NCBI RefSeq assembly: GCF_009834535.1
Contig: NC_045698.1
Location: forward strand, 808,001-872,000
Origin: Camelus ferus
Taxonomy: Eukaryota
Length of the DNA: 64,000 nt
Direction of reading: 5' to 3'
Positions within the stretch are counted from its first letter, which is position 1. The number at the start of each line of letters is the position of its first letter. Of this stretch, positions 26,606 to 38,763 are shown in pieces. The notes beneath the pieces are model-generated. The model was given only the letters and a program-made list of their open reading frames with translations, ran no database searches and was not told the origin of the DNA. The translations under genes and the position numbers were made by a program.

Positions 26606-27724
26606 CTAGAAGAGAGGGAACAGCTGTGGTGCCTGCCCCGCCCAGCAGGGTGAGTAGGCCCAGGTGGACCGAACTCAGACGCGGAGCTGTCGGCTCGGGT
26701 CTCCCCAGACCCCGGAGCAGAGTCCAGCCCAGCCTGAAGGAAGCCGCTGCTGGAGGGGGTTTTGTCCCCACGTGAAGCTTGCAGGGCCTGAGTAAAGGTG
26801 GACCACGCTCTCTCCCAGCGGGCAGGCGAGGAAACCGCTCTCTGCCACTTTCCCTAGGGAAGCTCTCCTTCTGCCTCCTGCCCACGTCAGCAGCTCAGGC
26901 TTGGCCGTACTGAGCAGCTGGCTCTCTGGCCCTGAGGCCAGGCTTCCCCTCCAGGTGTCACTACCCTAGGGACTGCCCCACATGGCAGTGGCAGCCTCAC
27001 CTGTCTCAGCACCGAGACTCTATGTGGCTTATGTTCAGGGTGTGGCTGGCAGAGGGTCAGGCCCTCCCTCCCCCGGTGACACAGAGGGGTCTCCCACAGA
27101 GATGACCTGTCACCTGCTCTTTCCAGGGCTGGTCCCTGCTTGCCAGCGAGGGGGGCTGTGGGAGGGGTCTCTATCACACAACACCATCTGGCTTTTCGGG
27201 GACCCCGAGGAGGCGGGGGCAGCCTGAGGGACTGGTGACCCTGCCCTGCTGCTGTGCCTGTCACCTCTGGTCCGTCTGACTGCTGTGGGACCAGCTGGAC
27301 ACCCACCTTGGGCAACCAGACCCTAGGGATGCTGGGTGGCCCCAGGGGGGGTCCTTGGACCAGTAACAGGTCTTCACTGCCCACTGTTCCCAAGAGAGAC
27401 TGCAGAATTTGGGTACAGAGCAGCTTCCGAGAACTCCCAGCCACAGCTCTGAGCAGGTTTGTAAGTGGTCCTTCCAAGGAGGCCCATGTCCTCTGTCACT
27501 TCCAGGAATCTCAGTGCCAAGATATGAAGCGGAGGGACCCCTGCGACCAGCTCAACCCTCCCAGCAGGTGCCTGACTGCAAGGCCCGGAGCAACCCCCTG
27601 GTCTACATGACGGCTCCAGCCTGGGGGTCCCGCTGGCCCTGCTCGGCCCCAGGAGAGAACTTGGGGCCCCCTGATTCCACTCCTCCAGACCTCTGCCCTT
27701 CTCACCTGGACCACACTCTGTAGA

Positions 27725-27842
27725 GCACATATGCACACATGTGGCGTGGACACAGGCAAGTCCACACACATACGTGCCCCTGTGAGGACGCAAACACACA
27801 CAGGGCCACACACACAGACACACAGACACAGACGCCCACACA
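27725..27842. repeat. Degenerate (CA)n tract in intron 13
   Basis: cacaca/cagaca units. Confidence 0.7.
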
Positions 27843-28024
27843 GGCGCAGCCCCCTTCCTCCCACGGCCAGTGTCTCCGGCATGGTCGCTATCCTCTCCGG
27901 CCCTCCTGCAGTCAGAGGTGAGCAGGCTGGAGCCGGCCTGGGACGAGGACACCCACCGGACCCCGCTGGTGGCCTCACAACCGGGTGGAAGGGCAGGGCA
28001 AGGGAGCCCTGTCCAAATACGCAC

Positions 28025-28192
28025 CTCCCGCAAGGACCCGGGAAGGCTGCAGAGCTTGTAGGCCGCGTAGACGGGGACCATGCACATGGAGGACGCGGCG
28101 ATGGCCCAGCCCAGCACGTTGGCCCACTCGGGGAAGACGTAGGCGCCGTAGTGTGGGGGCCTGTAGGTGGCGATGCTGACCACAACCACGAA
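28025..28192 (-). CDS. SLC6A3: DAT exon 13 (TM11-TM12)
   Basis: [56 protein letters not shown]; cag|...|gtgcgt; 168 nt. Confidence 0.98.
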
Positions 28193-29393
28193 CTGAAACC
28201 AAGGGACAGGGGTCAGGCGCAGCTCCGGGCTGGGGCCAGGGCGAGGTGGGGAGGAGCGGGTCTCTCTGCTGGAGGGTGCCCCTTCACGCCCAGGCCCTGC
28301 AGACAGCAGACCCGGGCAGCGGGAGGCTGTGGCAGGACCGGGCCGGGGGGCGCACGGAACCTCCAGCTCTTAGGTCCTAGGGGCAGGCATTCTCCCACTG
28401 TCCTTTGCAAGCCTCCCACATTGCCGCCCCAGGAGAAGCAGGACCGCTCGCTGGCCTGGAGTGACCCCTTGGGATGAGCGGTTGAGAAACAGAGCCCAGG
28501 CTCCCAGGTGGGCAGGGTGACGAACAGGTCCTGAAGCTCGGGGGTAATGCCGCTTGGCCAGGACCTGCACCCCCACTGCACCCCCCCTCACTGGCCATGG
28601 TGGGGGCTGCCCGAGCTGCCTGCCCAGTCCACGCACACCCTGAGCACTGCTGGGCTGGCTGGGCGGGAGGAGGGTCATGGAGGCGCTCGTCTGCCCACGG
28701 CGCTGTTCTCAGACCTGGACAGCCCCTGAATGTCTGTTTGTGGCCACCAGGCAGGGCAGACGGTTCAGGCTTCGTGAGCCATCAGGGCTGGGTCACAACC
28801 ACCCTGCTGTGCAGCCAGACAGTCGTAAATGACCCTGCACAGCCATGCTCCAGTGTGACAAGTGAGCAGTGGACTTGGCCGTGGGCCTGAGCTTGCAAAC
28901 CCCCGGCCCAGACGACAGAAGCCAGGCAGGTGCTGGACGCGCTGGTGCCCGTGCCTGGGGAGGCCCCCAGGGCCGCGCTGTGTCAGTCCAAGTGGCTCCT
29001 GTCCTCGAGGTCTGAGTACCTGTCGCCCCTGAGCTCTAAATTTCATCATGGTCCTTCAGGCAAAGGTCAGCTGACAGCCTTGCTCATCTCTGGCCTCCCC
29101 TCCAAGCAGGATGCACATGGCTTTAATCGGGTAGGAGACCCCCCTGCACCCCATGTGAGGTTTCTCAGTGGGTCCAGCAGGGAGCCACACCTTCAGGAGA
29201 CCAGAGGATTCTAGCGGCCAGCCTGCCCTCCTGCAGCGTCCTGTGACCTGCCAACTGCTGTCCAGAGACCCAGGTCCCCAGGCAGCGCTGAGCCCCACCC
29301 CAGCCTCAGGCTTTGCTTTACTCAAGGACAAGCCTGGGTGTGGCCACTGCTGGCTCTGGGGTGGCCTGAGGACTGGGCAGAGCGGGCCCTCAC

Positions 29394-29494
29394 CAAGAGG
29401 AAGCAGGGGCTGATGAACTTCCAGCACAGCCGCCAGTACAGGCTGGGCCGCTGCCCGGTCATCTGTCTGATGTCCTCGCCGAACTGCCACACGC
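29394..29494 (-). CDS. SLC6A3: DAT exon 12 (IL5, TM11 start)
   Basis: Hand-translated (G)[33 protein letters not shown]; cag|...|gtgagg; 101 nt. Confidence 0.97.
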
Positions 29495-29829
29495 CTGTGG
29501 GGAGGCAGCCGAGTAGGGCAGGTCAGCACAGCGCATTCCTGGCACTGCGGGCGCTGCTGGTCCTCGCTAACCCCCGGGCCAGTCCCCATGACCTCAGGTG
29601 CCCAGGCCGCCCCACTCAGGCCCCCCAGGGGTCTTGCTGACCAGGAGTCCCCATGTTTGTCCCCCTGCTGACACTGGGATCACCGACGCCCCCTAAGGGA
29701 GACCTGTGGGGCCCCGGCAATGCTCCCTGCTGGTCCCCGCCCTCCTCCCGCCTCGGGTGATCTGCCCCTTGCCCCACTGCTGTCCCTGCCTCCCCTCTGC
29801 AATCATTTTTCTTCACTTACAAAAGTCAC

Positions 29830-29985
29830 GCTAAATACATATATAACGTAGAGTTGACCACTTTAGTGCACAGTTTGTGGCATTAAGCACGTTCACATGG
29901 TTGTGCAGCCATCACCACCATCATCTCCAGAACTCTCTCATCTTCCCAAACTGAAACTGTTCCCATGAAACACCAGCCTCCCAAA
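29830..29985 (-). mobile_element. L1MB-like 3' end in intron 11
   Basis: gtggcattaagcacgttcacatggttgtgcagccatcaccacc...catcttcccaaactgaaact. Confidence 0.8.
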
Positions 29986-30084
29986 GCCCAAGGACGCCAG
30001 CCAGCCAGTCGCATTGCCGGGGCAGCAGCTGGGTCTTAGCGGTTGGAGCACACCGGCCCCCAGGGAGGCTCCATCTGTCCTTAC

Positions 30085-30184
30085 CGTAGAACCAGGCCAC
30101 CCCGATGACCTCGACGAGCACCCCGAAGAGGATGGACGTGCCAGCCGCGAAGTGGTCCAGCAGCGTGAAGACGTAGATGCCGCC
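30085..30184 (-). CDS. SLC6A3: DAT exon 11 (TM10)
   Basis: [33 protein letters not shown](G); cag|...|gtaagg; 100 nt. Confidence 0.97.
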
Positions 30185-30744
30185 CTGGGAGGGAGGGGAG
30201 CGCCTGCCGACGGGGGTGCCCCCACCCCCGCCTCGCCCACTAAAGCACTCTCCCCAAATATAAACCTGGCCTGCAGTTTCTGTTGACAGATATCTTCTGC
30301 TTTAGTCCCTACAAAGTGTCATTCAAGTCACTAAGATTCATTCGCAAGCAGCTTCTTAGGGACCTGTCTATCACAAAAACTAAAACCCCTCTCCTCCCCT
30401 TTCCCAGCGCTCCGGGCATAATTAGCAGTGAAAGCAAGCAAGCAAATGCCAGAGAGCAGAGCCCCCGTGGGGGGGAGGGCACCCGGGCCCTGCACCCCCA
30501 GACAGGCCTCCCTCCCCCACCAGCCCCACAAGCCCAACCAGCAGGAGCTCAGCCAAGGGCACTGCCCGGGAGCTGTCCAGGTGCTGAAGTAACTGGGGCT
30601 TCGGCGACCTCCACCTGCCAGTGCCCAAGGTGGCCCCTCCTGTGACCGCAGCCCGTGAGTCATCATGAGTCATGGGTTGCTCGGGGGATGCAGCCCTCGG
30701 GAACGCTCTGGTCGCTGCCCGGCCCCGAGTGCTAACAGACATCA

Positions 30745-31062
<318 letters not shown>

Positions 31063-32096
31063 CTACTGGAGAGAGAGGACCTGGGGTGGACTCTCTGTCC
31101 CCTGGTGGTGATTTGCACAGCCACTCTGGAGGCCCTGGGGGTGGAGTGCTACCTGGCTGATGTAATGCCACCCACTGCATCGCCACAAAGGCTCAGCTCT
31201 GCTGGGCTTCTCTAAGCAAACCTCTGACCCACAAACAGCTTAGTTTTGCTCCCAGGGAGGACCTGGCCGGGCCACTGGCTATGTCCTCACTGGCAGAGCC
31301 TTCCTGACTCTCGGGACTGTCGTGATGGGGTGTCACCCACGAGGCCTGGCCCGCAGGGGAGACTCTGCCCTGCTCTGTCGAACCGCCTCCTCCAGGAAGA
31401 ACTGCTCATGAGATTTGTCTCCCCAGACATGCAGCTCAAAGGCCGTGTCCGCCCAGTGGGCGGGCGGCCAGGCTGGCTGGGAGATGGAGGCGGAAGGCGG
31501 AGCTGTGTACCCAGCATTTACAAGGGGAGGGTTCGTGGTCCTCTGCACTTCCCAGGAAGCTCGGGTGAACAGGGGACCCCAAGTTCTCAGCTGTTGGTCT
31601 CCAGTAGGAGGAGCGTGAGAAAGTCCAGAGGCCAGAGCCGACCCATCCACCCGCCTCCTGAGTGCCCATGGCCACCACAGGACGTTCACTGGACCAGGCT
31701 TTGCCCCCGCCCTCACCCCGAATGTGCACCCCTTCCTCCTGGTGGCTAAGGAACAGGGAACACGAGTTCCTGGGCCTGCCTGGGCTCTGCGTGGTCTCCC
31801 CACCCCATTTCCTCATTTTCCTACACTGCCCGCTGGCCTGACCTGCCCTGTTGTGTGTGTGTTTAGGACCCTCAGAGGGCTCAGGGAGAGGGCGGCTGGC
31901 ACCCCCGAGGGAAAGAACAAGGGGTGAGCTGGTCACGTAATTGTGGGACCCCTCCGTCCTCCCATGCAGGGGCTGCGTGAGCACAGGAACTTGGGGGACC
32001 CCCAGGGAGAGCCCGGGGCCGGTCTGGTCTGCGAGGCGGAGGTGAGCCACTGCCACCGGCGGGCCCCAGGGCACGTGGAGCACTGAGGTCACTCAC

Positions 32097-32209
32097 AGCA
32101 CTGTCAATCCCCAAGGTTAGCAGCATGATGAAGAAAACCACGGCCCAGACGGAGGACAGCGGGAGCGTGGCCAGCGCCTCGGGGTAGATGATGAAGATCA
32201 GCCCCGGCC
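32097..32209 (-). CDS. SLC6A3: DAT exon 9 (EL4, TM8)
   Basis: [38 protein letters not shown]; cag|...|gtgagt; 113 nt. Confidence 0.98.
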
Positions 32210-34707
32210 CTGGAAGCAGACCCCCCGGTCGCCCCGCGCTTTGGCTCCAGGTCAGCCCCCGCCAGGGAGGCCGCCCAGCGCCCCAGCAACAGGACCGTGG
32301 AACCCCTCCCAATGCCTTCTCTCCTGCTCTCCCTGGAAAGCCCTCCCTCCGTGGGCTCAGGGTCAGGACCCCGGAAATGGGGTCATCTGGGGGGAGGGCC
32401 TTGTTCAGCCCCCACTGTTCCGCCAAACCTCTCCCATCCATGCGGGTCTGTGGGGGCGCAGGGAGAGGAGGAGGGCGGGGGGCCTCTGGGGGTCCTGCCC
32501 TTCATCCCTGAAAACCCCGGGGGCGCCTGCTGGCTGGTTCTCCCCACGCTCGTCGTGGACGCACGTGCACACGCTCACACGCGGGCTTGCTGTCATTCAC
32601 GCAGCCACCACCGTATTTTTCCGCACCAATGTCTGACTCTAAGATGATCTTTAGAAACCCCGTGATGAACGCAGAGCTGCCACAATCAGTGAGTGCTTCC
32701 CACATGCTGCTGCTTGCAGAGCGTGTATCTCTGCTCACACACGAGCCCCCTCGACGGTGCCTCAGAGACGTACTGGGAGTGGGAGTGCTGGGTCAGGGCA
32801 CACGTGGGGGCCACACTGGCTCCCTCAGCCCCAGCAAGTGGGGGCTGGGCGGAGGTGGGGGACGGGAGCAGTGCAGGACTCAACCCAGACTCCAGGCAGT
32901 TTGGCTGCTGTCGATCCCAAAGTCAAAAATATTCCCACAGGAGAGTGCTAGCTGACCATTTTCATGGTTAATTTTCAAAGACGTGCACACGTAGGTCGCT
33001 GGCACGGCCTCCTGAGCTAACAGAGGTGTAGGGCACAGCTTTCCTGGTTCTCCCAGCCTTAGTGGGGGGGCCTGTGTCTGGCACCAGCCCATAGGAACGG
33101 GGCACTTCCTGATCCTTCCCGAGAATCAAAGGCCAGAGCCAGGGTCCACCTCCCAAGGCCCTGGTGTCAGGCCGGGCACGCCCCACGGAAGGGGCAGGGT
33201 TTCCAACACGGGACTAGTGGGTGGCTGGTTTGAAACACTCTGAAGTCTAAACGCCATGAACCAGGAAGCCAGGAAGACACCCGCTCGCTCGGTAGAACGT
33301 AGCAACATCCTCGCCTTTCGTTTCTGTTCCCGAGGTAACATTTTACCGTTTCCCTGAGAATTAGGGCTATAAATGACATTTACTTTGCTTGTCAAGGAAA
33401 CGCACAGAAGACATTCAGCTTAATCTCAGGGGTTAATGGAGGTTCTTGCCAGCTACGGCTATTTACCATAATAAAGGGCAAAAGAGGGTCAAAATGCACA
33501 AATGCGAAGGCGAGCACATTTCTCTGCTCTGAGTTTTGTTTGCGTTATGTTCCCTTTCCCCTGTCTTAATTGAAATTTTTTCCTAGAGGAAAGAATGTGG
33601 ACCTGGAAACGTACTGAGATTTCATCCCAGCCCCCAACTTTCTTGCCGTAGTTTCAGAGGGGCCCGTCTGTCCATCCTCCCTGTCTCCAAATCTCTGATT
33701 CCCAACACTCAGCAACTCGAGAAGCCGGTGGGATGATGGGCTGAATGGCCGAGAGCTCAGGGCTCAGTGGGGCCGACCCCTCCCTGAACGCCACCCTCCC
33801 ACCCAAGAGCAAGAAGACCCAGGAGGTCAGCAGCTCCCCGGCCCCCAGAGAAGAGGGGCCTCCCAGGGGAAGCAAGGGCCCAGCCCTGATCTGGGGCTGG
33901 TCTCAGGGATCCCGGAGGCCCTGGAGTCCTGGACTGACCTAGCTTCAGGCTGCCCAAGCCGTGACTCTCCCCACAGGTTCTAGAACCAGCAGACCTTCCC
34001 CCAATGCCTGGGGGGCCCCAGCACTCAGAGCCTCTCGGCACCGCATCTGTGCCGGGCCCCGGGCTCTGTCTCCCTGGGGCCAGGCCTGCTCCCTGCCTCA
34101 CCTGCACCCATGCCCTCCGCCCGCCTGCGCCCCCTCCACTGACTTCAGTTTGCAGACACGCCAGGCCCACGTTGGCTGGGTGAGCAGGTTGGGAACATGG
34201 CTCTCTGTTGCCACCTTAAGACTTCAGGGGTTTCCTGGCTGTTACCATCTGAATGTGTCGTGGCCGCTGGATGTTTGGCGGAAAAGCTTTAGAACAGTTT
34301 AGCTGCTCGTGTCAAAAACAGCCCAGCTTCCTTCTGGCTGACCACGTTGCGGTCCGGATCCTGGCTCTGCGGCCTGGCCGTCTGTGCTGCTTGGAGCAGC
34401 CCTGTGCAGCTGCGTGTCCCCTCCCCGTTGTGAACAAAGACTGCGGACTGCTGAATGAGGGGAACCAGGAACCGGACCCTCGTCCTGCAGCCCGAGTGGC
34501 CTCCCCAAGGGGCAGCGTGCCCGGACCTCGGCATCCCAGCACGGCCGTCCGAGAGGCAGGGGCAGGGAGGGGGCGGGGGAGGTGGCCGCGCCCCTGAGCC
34601 TCAGTGGAGTCGGCAGTCTTGGGAAGGGCTCTGCAGGCCTCTGCGTTTCCCTGTCCTTTTGCAGGGAAACCCCTTTTGAGAACTGGGCGGCCTGAGCCAC
34701 GAGGTCA

Positions 34708-34905
<198 letters not shown>

Positions 34906-36212
34906 TCATTATTCGTAATTTGCTGTGTCTGGGAAGGCGCTTCCCCAGACGAGTGCCGCAGCCGCTCCTGCAGCCACAGCGCCTGTCCCGGGCCGCCCTG
35001 CAGGAGGCTGCCGCCCGCTGGGTGACGGGACCTTCCACGGGACCCCCGCCGAGCGGCTCTGGGCTCTGGGCTCCGGCCAGACTTCGGCCGATCCAGGCCC
35101 TATGGTGACCAACTGTCCATGTTTGCCTGGGGACCAAGAGGATCCTGGGACTCTCGACTCAGTGCTGAAGGCGATACTGCCCCACCAGCAACGCTGGGGC
35201 TCCGGGTGGGCAGAGCAGCTGACTGGCGGGGGAGTCCCCACCCCTGTTCCACGGAGGCTGCCAGGCGGGGCTTCTAGGTGCCTTCCAGGGACCTAGTTAA
35301 AATGCAGGCTCTGACGGGGTGGGTCTGGGGAGCCACAGATGCTGCATTTCCCACATGCTCCCAGGGTCTGAGGCTGCTGGCCTGGGGACCCCACTCCAAG
35401 GGCTGGGGATTCAGAGGGCCAGAGCAAGGGAGGGGGTAGGTGTGGGGTCAGCCCTCCGGGTGCCAGCTGCAAGGACGTCCGCAGAGCGCCCAGACGCAGG
35501 TGGGCCCGGGTTGGCTGGCAGAAGCTGCCCTGCCGTGCGGAGGGCACCCTTGTACTTTTACTGAATTTTTATCCTCATGATGTGAAAGAAAATAAACAGA
35601 GGCTCGTAAAGGTCAAAGAAAGCGGCCCCAGACGGAATTCTTGTTCTGCTTTCAGAAGGATTTCGGGTCCAGCAGGTGGCTGCGGGTCACTCAGGGCATC
35701 CTGGGCCTTGTGGCACCAGCGCGGGTGTGGGCGCTCAGTGCTGCTGCTGTCCTGCCTGCCTGGTGCTGGGGCACCAGGGTGCCGCTGCACAGGGTCTGGG
35801 ACGTCCCCCGGGGCCCAGGCTCCCTTGGTGCAGGCCCTTCCTCATGGGGGCGACGTCTGGAGAGGAGTGGACCCTGAGCACTGGGAGGACGAGCTGGAGC
35901 CGGGCAGGGGATGGAGGAGGGAGGCAGAGGGAAGGGCCTGGGGGTGGGGGGATCCGGGAGACTTCCTCCCAGGGGGGCGCCAACACCTTCCCTGCTTCAA
36001 AACCTCCCTTGAAGCAGGAAACACTGTGCCTGTAGCTTCCCTGTTTCATTTCCATTTCAACAGCCATTTTGGCTTAGAGGTTTGCAAGCACAAATTATTC
36101 CCTTCTCCCTTCATCCAGGGACACAACATTTCCAAAAGTCAGTGACATGCCCCCACATCAGCAATGCCCCCGCCTGACTTTGCAGACCCTCCTCCGGCAC
36201 CTCAGGACTCAC

Positions 36213-36316
36213 CTGTAGCAGTTGTTGGTGAACTTATTGTAACTGGAGAAGGCAATCAGGACCCCAAGCCCAACTCCCAGCGAGAAGCATATCTGGATGG
36301 CAGCATCGATCCAAAC
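36213..36316 (-). CDS. SLC6A3: DAT exon 7 (TM6)
   Basis: [34 protein letters not shown](R); cag|...|gtgagt; 104 nt. Confidence 0.98.
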
Positions 36317-37556
36317 CTGCAGGAGCCCGAGGGAGACAGGGTGGTCAGAGGTCACGGCGGACAGGGTCGGACTGAAACTCAAGGTCATGGTCAAGGACAG
36401 ATGGCGTCAACCACGTGGTCCGGGCAAACACCTGTCTCAGGGAACAAGCCCTTCCCGGGTCGCCGGTGTGAAGGAACCTGATGAAAGGAGCGCAGAGCCT
36501 GCAATTTCCTGTTGCCGGCGTGACGACCCGTGACCCTCGTGACAGCACTGATCTGTCAAAATGCTGTGTGATGCTGGTGCCTCGACAGAGACACCCACTC
36601 ATGTCTGCTTTCTCCCCAGACCGCGGCGCCAGAAGCACACAGGAGGAGCAGCACGCAGTGGCCAGCTCCTCCCCTCCCAGGTTCCTGGGGCCGGAGCCAC
36701 GGCGCCCTCCCCCGCCCCCTCCACCCACCACGAGCCCCACTCCCCACCCAGCACCACCCAGCAGCACCGCCAGCTCCCACTCCCCTCCCCCGCTTGCTTC
36801 TCCTGGAGTGGCTGACGGGGCCCCCACCATTTGCCAGAACTAGTCCACTGGAATTTCCTACAATTCCCGCCTCCTGCCAGTGGCCACTCCCACTTCTGGG
36901 CCTGGTTTCCCTGCAATGCTGCTGCCTCTCCCTCTCCCGCTCCCGTCGTCTCCTTCAGTTGCCCAATCGAGCCTTGTCTCTGCATGAGGTTGTCGCCAAG
37001 TATTTCAGGCCAGATTTCTTTCTTTCTTTGCTGGAGAAATTTGCAGCTTGACTGGGGACTCAGTTTTGGATGGGATGTGATTAGATCACTCCCTGGTTCA
37101 CACAACGTCACCTTGTCCCAGTCTAGCTCGGAACACCCCCACGGAGCCAGAGCTCAGGGCTGCGAGCCAGGTGAGCAGCCCCCAGCCCCAGCCCCCTAGC
37201 GCAGACTGGCAGCCCCACAGGTGCTGATCAAGGAATGAGGAACCGGAGCCTTCCTCCAGGAAGTGGGATGGGCCAAGGGGGGGAGGTCGAGTGGCAGCAG
37301 CCTTCCGCTCTCTTCCTGCAGAGACCGAGGTGGCGTCCCCCAAACTTCCTTATCTGGTCCATTCAGCCCCTCCTGTGCCCACCGTCCCCGTCTCAACTGG
37401 ATGGTGAGCTCTCCCTGGCGGGCCAGGTCTTCCCACAGAGCCGGGCGCACTGCAGGGCGAGTGAGAAGTTCCCGCCCAGCAGCTGCCATTGGGGTCTCCT
37501 GCTGCGGAACGCCAGTGCCTGTGGACCACGGGGCGGCGAGCCATGGATGTACTCAC

Positions 37557-37691
37557 GGAGGCCTCGCAGAGCCGATGGAAGTCCACACTCAGGTATGCCC
37601 TGATGCCGTCCATGGCCCCAGGCAGAGTGATTCCTCGCAGGAGCAGAGCAAAGAGGACCACGTACGGCATGGTGGCTGTGATCCACACGAC
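37557..37691 (-). CDS. SLC6A3: DAT exon 6 (TM5)
   Basis: [45 protein letters not shown]; cag|...|gtgagt; 135 nt. Confidence 0.98.
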
Positions 37692-38256
37692 CTGGTGAGA
37701 GGAGGCATCACTGGGCGGCCCCGGCCACCCGTGGGCAGGAACAGGCACAGGGTCACCCTGAGGGTTTGAGGAGGGGCCTCAAACTGGGAAGCCCGACACC
37801 CCAAACATCTACAGGACACCAGCTCAGCAAATGCCGGCTGGAGCCAGACTGCTAAATGCCCTCTGCCCTGCACGTCCTTCCCAGGGATTAAAGCAGGACA
37901 AACAGCTTGGCAGGGAAGGAACATTCCTAGTCTGCATTCGCCCTGCTGCTGTAGGAGTGGCTGCACTTCCGGTGAGTGAGGTGGGGATGAATTTGCACTG
38001 ACTGTGAATGTGCACCTGGATTATGCGTGAAAGGTGGCCTCTGGGCTGGGGGTGGTGAGGAGGAGGGCGCCTGTCGTTGGAAGGCTCGTGTGCTGGAACT
38101 GCACTGCGAGTATTGTCCCAAGTGATGGTCACGGCTTGGTCAGTGTTGCTTTGGGAGCCCACATATTTTCATGGGCAAAAACCAATTCGTGTTGTGCTGG
38201 TCTTCATGCTGAAAACACTCTGCTGTGGGTGCATTTCCCCTTGACACCGTTTCTCA

Positions 38257-38763
<507 letters not shown>

